Positions 29,714-39,500 of a stretch of 64,000 bases of DNA are shown piece after piece. A model generated the notes under the pieces. The model saw nothing but the letters and a program-made list of their open reading frames with translations. It was not told the origin of the DNA and did no database searches. Every line of letters starts with the position of its first letter. Position 1 is the stretch's first letter. The position numbers were made by a program, and so were the translations under genes. Where the stretch lies: IMG/VR virus record IMGVR_UViG_3300009181_000033, positions 186,001-250,000 of that record; one strand, 5' to 3'.

Positions 29714-32700
29714 TCAGCCACCCCCGCCAGCAGGAGCAGCAGCTTGCGGTTTCGGCCCCTGAGACTTTTTACTTGCTGCTGCTATTTCGGCAAGGCGCTG
29801 GGCGACTTCACCCTTCACAACGGCGGTGATTTCGGGAGCTGATTGGAATTTGCCGTAGCCATCGGTGTATGCTAGCGTCCAGGATGTCTCAAATCGTCCG
29901 GGGGCTATTGTATGCGAAATTTGAGTTGTCGTATAAAGGTTGTCGAGCGTTGTTCCGGTCCCAAGGTCAACAAAATACTGTTGGTACATTTGAGCAATTG
30001 GACATCCAAGCGTCGTCATGGAGAGCTGTGCAGGAACAACCCTCAAGGGTAAACCATTCGGGTCTTCAAGTCCCGCACCTTCTCCACCCCCCCCTGCTGT
30101 GGCACCCTTTTGTGCATTGATTATGTTCGCGGCAGCTATCAATCCGTCAGTTTTTGATGACAACGTTATGTTCTTTACGAGAGTGCCATTTGTTCCGACG
30201 ACAATATTGGGAGCCTGTGACTTGACAAATTTCCTGATTTCCGCGGCAGAGGAAGGTCCCTTAGATATCACGTACTTTCTTCCATAAGGATTCTCCACCA
30301 CCTTGAGCGCTCCCTCGACCTCTTTGTTTACTTCGGTCACCATCTGACTTGCTGCATCGACGGCGGCGGTCTTGCCTTTCTTGTTGGGAGTTGATGGATA
30401 TTTTTCCTTTAAAAATTTCTCAATTGGTTCGGAGTTTATCTCACCAATCTCCCAGCCGGTGTCGGTTTTCATCAATTTGGTCAAGAGGTTATAGGGGGAA
30501 TGTTGTTTATCATATATGTGCACCCTCTTTATCAGCCCCTCAGTTTTACTTTCTTCTTCGGCGATGGTCTTGCGCGATTTTTTAATCTTATCGTAAACAT
30601 TGCCACTGCTGGAATTTTTTGAGCTTGATTCAACAACCATTTCTATGATGGGCCTCTTGAGAGAACCGTACTTTGCGCACCAATCTGTCATGACTGATTC
30701 GTATTGTTTCGTTTCCTTCTTTTTCATCTCACCTTTGTCGGATATTTTATACGGCTCATAGGCATTATACATGCCATAGCCCGGGCTCCTGTTGTCAGCA
30801 AATTGGTTTTCTATCACCAGTCCCATGAATGCCTCAATGGTGAGGGGACCATTTGAATTTTTCACCAAATTCAAATATCCATTCATGAGCCTGTGGGTGT
30901 CGATGGGAAACTCAGCTATGGAATGTCCGCTGACGGGGCCACACTCTTCATTGAGGCCATAAAAGATGACCTGCAGCTCATCGCAATGTTGTAACATTGC
31001 AGGCGCAACAAATTTCATAAATAACTTTCCAAATGAAATTATCCTTGGGACGTTAAAGTCTGTTTTACCCACGATGAGGCCTCTGGCTGCAGCGTCATTT
31101 ATTGCACTTTGATAAATGTTTGCGGACAAGACGGAGCCGCCGACCTTGGCGTCAGTGAATTTATCTATCGCACTGGTGAGATCTTCATTAAAATATCCCT
31201 TCGCGCTCCGAACGCTGTCCGCAAGGAAGGGGTCTTCTAAAACTCCGGTGCCCTCCTGGAGCTTTGACATGAAATCGCTTTGTATTTGTTTGGTGAAAGC
31301 TTTCGTTTTTTCCTTTATATCCTTGATGTTGTTCTCCAGGGCTGTGGCATCTTCGGTGGAGATCTTGCCTCCCTTTTTAAGAGAGTCGACTGTTTTCGTA
31401 ATGAGATTGTCATATCCCGAAAAGTCGCTGGCCGGGAGGTCTAGCATCACTCCGCGACGAGAGGCATCGATGAGCTGAGTCGTTTTTAAGTCGGCCTGGA
31501 GCTCGACACTCCCTTCCGGCAAGTTGGCAGTGAGTCCCTGCACAGCAACAGCAAGTTGCTGCAGGGCTTTCCTTTGGGTTTCAGCCTGACCACCATCAAT
31601 GGTTGCTTGGTGAGCTTCCCGGATGCCTTTGCTCACCATCTCGAGAGTGAGAGAGGCCTGGTCGCCCCCGCCAAAGCTAAATTGAGTGTTGGATATCATC
31701 CAACAGTCCGTCTTAATCATGTTCTGATTTATAAACTTTGAATAATGGTCTTCGCTCTCATCCGTCGTCCTGGGTGCCAACCAGCCTGACGTCGTCCACA
31801 CCGTGACATCGCTAAACCCGTTGGCTCCCTTAATAAAAGGAGCCAATTCAGAGAGCCTGGACTTGTCGTGAATCTTTAGTTTTAGAGTACCTTTTTTGTG
31901 AATTAAGGCTCCGGCGCCGGCATTCATGTACTGTATCAGCATGTCCTCTATGGAAGCGAATGGCAAAAATGGCTTCGGTTTTACGAGCCTTTTGTACACA
32001 CCGCCACCGCCCAGATAGTCCATGTTCGTCAGCGTCTGAGGCATGAAAAACATCTCTGGTCCCATGTAAAGCGTATCCCTTTGGTTATCACCTTGTCCGG
32101 GCGACATTTGCAGCATCGCCTTGTCCGCCTCCGTGATTGGGATGTTTTTTTGTGTGGTGTCGGCGCCGCCGTCGCTCGAGCCTAACAAAAATCTGATCAT
32201 ATTGGGCGTGTTTATGGACTTCGAGTTGGCCTGGAGGAGCCCGGCAGGATGGTGCATTTCAAATTCAACTTTAAGATAAGGGATCATCCTGGAAGGCATG
32301 ATGCTCGGCATGTAATTCAGGAAAAGCTGCACGGCATCGGTCCCAGACACCGCAGGGGTAATGCGTGGGCAGGACGTCACAAAAGCGGAAAGCTTCTTGT
32401 TTTTAAGGGGGCCATCCAAGGTGATGATCCCATTGAGATCATCGACAGTTTTTGTTGTCGTCTTTTTTCCCTTTTCAGGCTTCTCGAGCTTCCAGTAGTC
32501 TTCGTCCCCGAAGGAAATCTTGTCTTCATTGAGCGATATCACGTGAAATGATTTTTTCAACTCTCCTTGTTTCTTGGGGTCTCTGACCCCCTCATAATGT
32601 TGTTCTATCCCTTTTTTCACTTTCGAATATGCGGCAACTTCCCCTTGGGGGTTGCAGAGCAGTCCCAGGATTAATTCTTCGATGTCCTGTGCGTTCGACG

Positions 32701-32785
32701 CATCCACCACACCACCTGAGTTCATAACCAAGGCCTTGGGGGTCATCATCGCATATATGTCAAGAAGGCTGTTATTGATTGTCAT
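29714..32785 (-). CDS. Large virion protein, probable baseplate hub-like
   Basis: 1023 aa in tail block; C-terminal YTTTQISHTIAPGRFET hub-like pattern. Confidence 0.5.
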   Translation of the reverse strand: MTINNSLLDIYAMMTPKALVMNSGGVVDASNAQDIEELILGLLCNPQGEVAAYSKVKKGIEQHYEGVRDPKKQGELKKSFHVISLNEDKISFGDEDYWKLEKPEKGKKTTTKTVDDLNGIITLDGPLKNKKLSAFVTSCPRITPAVSGTDAVQLFLNYMPSIMPSRMIPYLKVEFEMHHPAGLLQANSKSINTPNMIRFLLGSSDGGADTTQKNIPITEADKAMLQMSPGQGDNQRDTLYMGPEMFFMPQTLTNMDYLGGGGVYKRLVKPKPFLPFASIEDMLIQYMNAGAGALIHKKGTLKLKIHDKSRLSELAPFIKGANGFSDVTVWTTSGWLAPRTTDESEDHYSKFINQNMIKTDCWMISNTQFSFGGGDQASLTLEMVSKGIREAHQATIDGGQAETQRKALQQLAVAVQGLTANLPEGSVELQADLKTTQLIDASRRGVMLDLPASDFSGYDNLITKTVDSLKKGGKISTEDATALENNIKDIKEKTKAFTKQIQSDFMSKLQEGTGVLEDPFLADSVRSAKGYFNEDLTSAIDKFTDAKVGGSVLSANIYQSAINDAAARGLIVGKTDFNVPRIISFGKLFMKFVAPAMLQHCDELQVIFYGLNEECGPVSGHSIAEFPIDTHRLMNGYLNLVKNSNGPLTIEAFMGLVIENQFADNRSPGYGMYNAYEPYKISDKGEMKKKETKQYESVMTDWCAKYGSLKRPIIEMVVESSSKNSSSGNVYDKIKKSRKTIAEEESKTEGLIKRVHIYDKQHSPYNLLTKLMKTDTGWEIGEINSEPIEKFLKEKYPSTPNKKGKTAAVDAASQMVTEVNKEVEGALKVVENPYGRKYVISKGPSSAAEIRKFVKSQAPNIVVGTNGTLVKNITLSSKTDGLIAAANIINAQKGATAGGGGEGAGLEDPNGLPLRVVPAQLSMTTLGCPIAQMYQQYFVDLGTGTTLDNLYTTTQISHTIAPGRFETSWTLAYTDGYGKFQSAPEITAVVKGEVAQRLAEIAAASKKSQGPKPQAAAPAGGGG

Positions 32786-33081
32786 TAGCCTACCAGCGCC
32801 TCGATGTCAGATAAATTCAGGACGTTTATTACGGTCCCGGGAGGTACTTGGAGACCCCACCCTATTTCGCTGGCGGCTGCCAAAACCCACCAATAAGAAC
32901 CGTCGCCGTAAAATTTTCCGGCCAGCGTGTCCAACCTGTCGTTGCCTGTCAAAATGACTTGATTTACGGGAATCAATCTCCCGTTTTTCAAAGCTGACCT
33001 CAGCGTTGACAAACACAAAGCAGCTCGCAATTGCTCGCCACCGGCTATCTTGTTTTCTCTCCTGTACCTGCTGAATGCCAT
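32785..33081 (-). CDS. LysM / tail-X-like baseplate protein
   Basis: DRLDTLAGKFYGDGSYWWVLA..VPPGTVI. Confidence 0.75.
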   Translation of the reverse strand: MAFSRYRRENKIAGGEQLRAALCLSTLRSALKNGRLIPVNQVILTGNDRLDTLAGKFYGDGSYWWVLAAASEIGWGLQVPPGTVINVLNLSDIEALVG

Positions 33082-33083
33082 GT

Positions 33084-36000
33084 TTACCTACCTCTCGGGG
33101 CAAAAGGACCGACTGGATATATTGGTGCACGATTGGTACCCTTGTGATCCAATCCAGGCGTAATGTCGTGTATTGGAGCAAATGATATCGTTATCTTACA
33201 CATTTTTGGAGCCTTTTTTCCTATTTCGTCGGTTTCCCACGTCACCTTGTCCATCCAGTCAAAATTCATGCTTTCTATGAAACCGGCCAAACCCTTGCCG
33301 CCCACAGTCCTAAACGACTTGGCGATCAAATTTCCCTTTCCAGGAGCACTTGGGTCATCGCTCATGAATTCCATGACGCTAGCTCCGTAATCGTCTGGGT
33401 CCGCCTGCGTTTTCATGAACTTTGTAAGCGACGGCTGGGTCAGCGTTATTTGTTTTTTGTTGACAGTTATCGTCTTGCCAATAATTTGTTCCGTAGGAAT
33501 CCCCTTATTACCATATTTTTTGCCCAAGCTGTCCGCGTCTTTGAGGCCAAAGTGGGCCAGCTCGTCGCCATCGGGGAGCTCTATTACACATGTGACAGTG
33601 CTGTCATTATTATTGACAGCTTCAATTTTCAAGACAAGGCCTACGGGAAAAGTCATTGGGGCGACCGTGACGCCAGGCAAGTTCGGAGGAATTGATATGC
33701 TGGTGGCATTAACTCCGTTCATTTTTAGCTCCCCGGTGGGGATGAACTTATAACCGCCGGCAGTGTCAGCAGTATTCTTTAGTTCCTCTATTTTATTTTT
33801 TAGTGCCTCTATATTTAATTTAGATGTGTTGAATTCTTCGCCACCCTTGCCGGCAAATTTGGTGTCGCTGTTTCCGTATCCGAATATTTTTGCCAAATTG
33901 TACCTTGAGTAATTGCTTCTAATCAGGTCTCCTATCCTCACTCTCGTCAGCGGTGATGCGGAAAACTGTTGGCTAAACGGGGCGGTGTACTTATATTCGT
34001 CGGCGCCGGTGCCTTGGGAGATTTGATAACCTTCTGTGAATTGCGGATATATCATCGTTGTTAATTTGTTTATTTTTATCCACATGCTGTCGAAGTCGTT
34101 CTTGGAGAGGGCAGCAACATAAAAAGAAAAAGATATTTTTCTCGATGTGCTCTTGTATATCTTTATGGATTCAACCCTGCCAATCGCGTCGACGTTGTCG
34201 TAGTTCGCGGTAAAATCGTCCGACAGGGAGGCCAAAAACGCGTGGAAGCTGACAATTTCGTTGGTCCTTACATCGTGAAAATAAAATGGAACATACTCGG
34301 AATCCAAATAGTTCTCAAACAACTCCCTTTCTTCACCGCTTATCCTGCCTGTGTCTTCAACCTTGTAGGGCGAGATCTTTTTACCGCCAAGATCCCTAAG
34401 GTTGCTTTGCTCCGAGTTGAGGAGCTTGGGCGCGCCCATGCCGCCAATCAAAATAGAATTTAGGGTTGAATTTGGCAATATAATTCTGTCAATCGCCCTA
34501 TAAGAGGACCAAGCCAAGGCCTGATTTCCGGCTTGGTCCTTGCCCCTGAGGCGACTCTTGGTGACCGCATGGGGACCTGGGCCGGCGTACTCCAGAGAGT
34601 CAATCTTTGAAATTTTTTCGTCGCCTTTTTCGTCCTTGTGTTTGACTCTTTGGGAGGAATTTTCTGACAAGAGTGCGTCTCCGAGCGTGACGAACACGTT
34701 CATCGACCTCATGATCCTGGATTCTCTGAGGACAGATATTATTTCCAGCACCTGCTTGATGACTCCAACGGCGTCGGTAGCTTGGGCCGAGGCGGCGAAG
34801 GAGTCCGCAATAATGAATATTGATCTCATTATAGATCTTAAAACGACCAAATTGTAACCTGGGTTTTGAGAACCATAAATCGCTATTTCACCAACCGCAG
34901 GGATCAATTTTTGAAGCCCAGAAAGGTAGCTAGTTGAAAAACTCTCAAGATCGGGATTGGCACCCAAAAATGTCAATAGACCCAGTACCAAGCAATCACT
35001 GAATGGATAAGCTGGATTATAAAGACCCAGAAGATCCGTCCAGCTGAAAGTTCCTCCCATGATCGCCTTCACAATTCCTCCGGCGGTTAGAACAGAAGCC
35101 GGACCCATGCCCTCTCTCCATCTTCCCATGTCCATGATTCCGGTGGACGGGCTTATAGGCGTAGGTGTAGAGGTAAAGCCTATGGTGAAGAGGGTAAAGA
35201 CCAAGCCCACCGCTAGCGACATTGCGACCACGAGGAGCTGCATTCCTAGGTTCGAAACCCCGCCGAATCTGTCAAAATTGTTGTTGAGGGATCCCCAGGA
35301 GACTGCTGACGGGTTGACCAAAAAGCCTGGGTCAAGGTTGTTGGTCGTTAAATCGGATATGACATTTTTCACCTCGAGCTCGCTGACATTGACTCGAGTT
35401 ACGCCCATCTGTGTCCGGCCTGGCAATATTGCAGTCGCATCGCCAGGAACATTGTTCGCAGCAAACGAACCCAATTCGTAAGATGAGCGGGCCATCAAGA
35501 TGCCGCCAATTTGGGATAGACGTCCGAAAGAAAATTGATAACTTTCGTCCAAGGCCTGGTCAGGTGCTTCTCCCATTTTTAACGTGCGAGGATCGTAAAA
35601 CACATTTTCTTTGAGGTTCCCTTCAGAATTGGTTATTCTGCTCTCAAAAGAGCCTTTTGAAAATCTATTGTTGATTACGGCGCTGCTGTATTTGCCAACA
35701 ACAGGACTGAGTTTAGCATTTATTTCACCCGTGCCTTCAACCAACTGAACGGTCGACAGCACAGAATTGCCATCCTGTGCTGTTTTATCGGCTAAAATTC
35801 CCTTGCCTTTTATGAAAATTTTGGACAGCCCGGCCTTCGCATAGTAGTCGGAGACACTCTTTAGCGTCGTAAATTTCGAACCGTCGACGTTAAAATATTT
35901 CTGTTTGTCAGTGTCAGAGATTTGTGGGCGAACAGGCGATCCATTTTCATCAGTGAGTTTTAATTCTTCTTGATTCGGTACCGCTGGTGTAACCGGATAA

Positions 36001-36230
36001 TAATTCTTTTTTGTTGTGGAGCTTAGGTATGAAGACAACGTTCTTTTCGTCTTCACAGACAAGTCGCCGCCGACATTTGTGTTGATCGAACCTCGATTCC
36101 ACTTGGTTTTACTCACACCGTCATCTTCGACTCCGATGTCGTAATGGTGCAAATTTAATTCGCTATCAGGAAATCCGCCTGTTCCGGTATCAAGTGTTTG
36201 TTGGGGTTGGTTTTCGTCTTTGGACGGCAT
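33084..36230 (-). CDS. Large virion protein, probable baseplate/tube-initiator-like
   Basis: 1048 aa between tape measure and LysM gene; AIGRVESIKIYKSTSRKISFSF, RVRIGDL. Confidence 0.5.
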   Translation of the reverse strand: MPSKDENQPQQTLDTGTGGFPDSELNLHHYDIGVEDDGVSKTKWNRGSINTNVGGDLSVKTKRTLSSYLSSTTKKNYYPVTPAVPNQEELKLTDENGSPVRPQISDTDKQKYFNVDGSKFTTLKSVSDYYAKAGLSKIFIKGKGILADKTAQDGNSVLSTVQLVEGTGEINAKLSPVVGKYSSAVINNRFSKGSFESRITNSEGNLKENVFYDPRTLKMGEAPDQALDESYQFSFGRLSQIGGILMARSSYELGSFAANNVPGDATAILPGRTQMGVTRVNVSELEVKNVISDLTTNNLDPGFLVNPSAVSWGSLNNNFDRFGGVSNLGMQLLVVAMSLAVGLVFTLFTIGFTSTPTPISPSTGIMDMGRWREGMGPASVLTAGGIVKAIMGGTFSWTDLLGLYNPAYPFSDCLVLGLLTFLGANPDLESFSTSYLSGLQKLIPAVGEIAIYGSQNPGYNLVVLRSIMRSIFIIADSFAASAQATDAVGVIKQVLEIISVLRESRIMRSMNVFVTLGDALLSENSSQRVKHKDEKGDEKISKIDSLEYAGPGPHAVTKSRLRGKDQAGNQALAWSSYRAIDRIILPNSTLNSILIGGMGAPKLLNSEQSNLRDLGGKKISPYKVEDTGRISGEERELFENYLDSEYVPFYFHDVRTNEIVSFHAFLASLSDDFTANYDNVDAIGRVESIKIYKSTSRKISFSFYVAALSKNDFDSMWIKINKLTTMIYPQFTEGYQISQGTGADEYKYTAPFSQQFSASPLTRVRIGDLIRSNYSRYNLAKIFGYGNSDTKFAGKGGEEFNTSKLNIEALKNKIEELKNTADTAGGYKFIPTGELKMNGVNATSISIPPNLPGVTVAPMTFPVGLVLKIEAVNNNDSTVTCVIELPDGDELAHFGLKDADSLGKKYGNKGIPTEQIIGKTITVNKKQITLTQPSLTKFMKTQADPDDYGASVMEFMSDDPSAPGKGNLIAKSFRTVGGKGLAGFIESMNFDWMDKVTWETDEIGKKAPKMCKITISFAPIHDITPGLDHKGTNRAPIYPVGPFAPRGR

Positions 36231-36244
36231 AAAAAATTATTTCA

Positions 36245-36505
36245 TCACTTCTTGTTTGAATCTTTAGTAATTAAAGACTCGTCTATTTCTCTCAGCTTTT
36301 TTTCATCATTCAAAATTTCCTTATTTTCTCTAATTTTTTGAAAATTAGACAGCATGGCACCGGTCATTGTTGAAACCATTTGACTCACGGTGTCGATGAT
36401 CATCTGTTTTTCTTTTTCATCTTTTGACATTCCCACAACGAGCTTGAACCTCTCGTCCTGCAAAATGGCGTTTACATAGTCTTCTTTGGTTTTTAAGTCG
36501 GACAT
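36245..36505 (-). CDS. Hypothetical protein
   Basis: 86-aa ORF with AGGA RBS. Confidence 0.6.
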   Translation of the reverse strand: MSDLKTKEDYVNAILQDERFKLVVGMSKDEKEKQMIIDTVSQMVSTMTGAMLSNFQKIRENKEILNDEKKLREIDESLITKDSNKK

Positions 36506-36517
36506 ATTGTTATCCTA

Positions 36518-39500
36518 TCACCCTGAATAGCCTGAGAACCTAGAATTGTTTGAAGAATTTGCATGAATAAACATTGTTTGATTATCCTTTATGGGCATTT
36601 CCTTCTGTTCCAGAAGGAAATTGATTCTATCTCTTATGATCGACCGGTTGTCTTTTATGATCGCACTCTCCACCTTGCCAGTATCCATTGTAACATTAAG
36701 GTTGACAGTCAAGAGAACTTCTTTGCTGCGAACTGTGTAAATGCCACTGCTGCCCAATCCCATTTTACCGGCAAATTCCTCAAGCTTGGTCTTTATGTCA
36801 ACTGAAGTCCCCTTTGCGAGGGCTTCGTCAACCTTTTGGATAGCAGTGACAACTTCCTCGACAGTCTTTATCATGGCAACGGCTTGACCGGGGACTGATG
36901 TCTTAAATTGATCAAAGATCCTCTGCGCGCCGGACACCATGTTCTTAACACTGTCAAGAGTTCGTGGCATGTTATCAATTGCTTTTATGTTATCGAATAG
37001 ACTTACGGCTGGATCGATCCCCTTTTCAACGTCCTTCAGTAGATTTACCACGTCAGGAATAAATGTGCTCTTGACTTGGCTGGATTGGTAACCACCTATC
37101 ACTCCGGAAACATCCTTAAACTTCGTCATCAAAGTATTTATGCTTCTGTTGCCACTGGGTTCCGCCAAGGCCGTAAAGATGAAATTGAGATTTTCCATCG
37201 TTTGAGACAAGAACGCATTTCCTATGCCCATAGGACCATCCTCAAGGTCCTTGGTTGAATTGCTCATTGAGGAAAGAACAGGACCCATTTCTTTAAACAA
37301 ATCGCCCAATTTCTTTATGCCATCAATTGCAGACGTGTCTTTCCCGATGTACTCACCAATTTTCTTGACATAATCCACCAAGAATTTTAAGCTATATTTT
37401 TCTCCCCAAGACGCCCCGGCGAGAGCCGAGAATATTCCCATCACATGTCCGAATGTGTCTTCAAGGAAGGCGTTACTTTTGCCCTTTGAGCCCTTGTCTT
37501 CTATTGAATTTAGGCCACTAGTGATTCCAGAAAATGAAGATCCAATTCCGCTAAGCATCTCACCCAATTTTTTGCTCGTATCAACAAGGGCGGTTCCTTT
37601 CCCCATGTAATCACCGATCTTTTGGAGATAACCAGCCACGTATTTTATGCTATAATATCCATTCCAGGTGTCACCAGCCAGCGCAGACAATATTCCCATC
37701 ACATGTCCGAGTGTGTCTTCAAGGAAGGAGTTACTTTTGCCTTTGTTGCCTGGGTCAGGAATGTCACCAATTATTTTTGAGAGTTCACTTATTTTTCCAA
37801 ATGTTGAAAAAATACTGCTGACAGTTTCAAGTTTGTTCTTAAATTCTTGGCCAGAAGGTATTGTCTTTGTCACAGCCATCATCGAGCTGACCAGCTGAGG
37901 TATGGAATCTTTAACCTTGTCAAAAATATCAGAAATGCTTGGAAAGCTACTGACGACACTTACGATAGCGCCTTGGGCAGCATCAACTTTAATATTTCCT
38001 GCATCCTTAGTTGAAGAAGAAAGCGTGCCGGCTAAGCCAGTTATGGCCTTGATAATTTCTGCAAGAGGTGCCAGGCCTGAAATTTGCTCTGGTTTTAATC
38101 CAGACAAGGAGCTTGTGACAGAACCGATCAACTTTTTCGCAAATGGTAACAGCTTTTCCGTGACGGCACCGAGAACCTTTTCCATGTAAGTTGCAGCCGC
38201 AGTTATTCCAGCCGAATCCACCTCAGCTTGTTTGACACCACCACTCCAAAAGCCAGCACCTGAGACTTTTGTTTTTTGGAATTTTGAAACGTCAGGAGCC
38301 ATGCCCTGTATCAAACCAGTGAGGGCTTGAAAAATGGTCGATATGGCTTGAGCAGACTTTTCTATATTTTCAGCTCTACCAATCTTTGCCATTGCTTCTG
38401 CTATGGCGCGAATGAGAGGAATGACACCCTTCATCATGCTTTCTATATACACGGCTGCTCCGGAGAAACCAGCTCTTAAATTTTCTGATCTCTTGCCAGA
38501 GAGGCTATCAATCCAGCTGGTTGATTCGCCAGCCAATTTTCCAGTAACATCACCTATTTTGCCCATCAGGTCGCCAATTGACTTGATCACTTCAGCAAAA
38601 GCCTTGAGCGGTTCTATTTTATCTGGCGTGATAATTTTCACAGCCACTATGAGCTGTTTTATAACCTGATTTATTCCGCCATTTCCATTTTGGCCATCGA
38701 GAAGCGTCTTGATCATTTCTGTGACCGAGTCTATTTGTTTGGCCTTGTCGGCAGCACTGCCAAAGGCACTAAAGTCCATCGCTTTTATTATGTTAGCAAT
38801 TTTTTGCATTAAATCACCAACAGCATTGACAATCAAAACGAAAGTCTCGGCCTTTATTTTGAGGGCAGCCGGATCTTCCTTAATTTTGCTAAGCGATTCC
38901 ATGATGACCACAGCAGTTGCTGACAACGCCAACACACCAGCAGCCATGGCTGCCATTCCGGCGGCGGCGGCTCCAGCGGCAACACCCATTGAAGAGATTA
39001 TGGCAGCGCCGATCGCAGCGGCTTCCACCAGAATAACACCTACTTTCATGTAAACATTTGAAATAGCCTCCATCATGATTGCGGCTGCCTCGATCGATGC
39101 AGGATTAAAACCTTCAAATGACTTCAGGATGAGCCACGCAGTTCCAACAAGAATAGCAACAGTGGCGGCCATGGTGCCCATTCCAACCGCTACTTCTTTA
39201 AAAGCTTGTTTTATCAATTTTGAAATACCCAGAGCCATTAAGACAATGGTGGCGGCGGCACCATACATGGGGACCATAGCCAAGAACAAAAGTGTTGCCT
39301 TGCCAATGTCTTCTATGGAAACATCTTTGACGACTTTTAATGCAAGAGCAAATGCTCCGATGCCCTCGAGAAGAAGGAACGCCATTCCAGCAAAGACAGT
39401 TAGCAAAGATTGCCACGTGACACCCTGAAGGCCGCTCGCAGCTTTCAAAAAGACGCCCATTGGGATAAACATTCCTGCAACCGCGCCGAAGACAATGGCA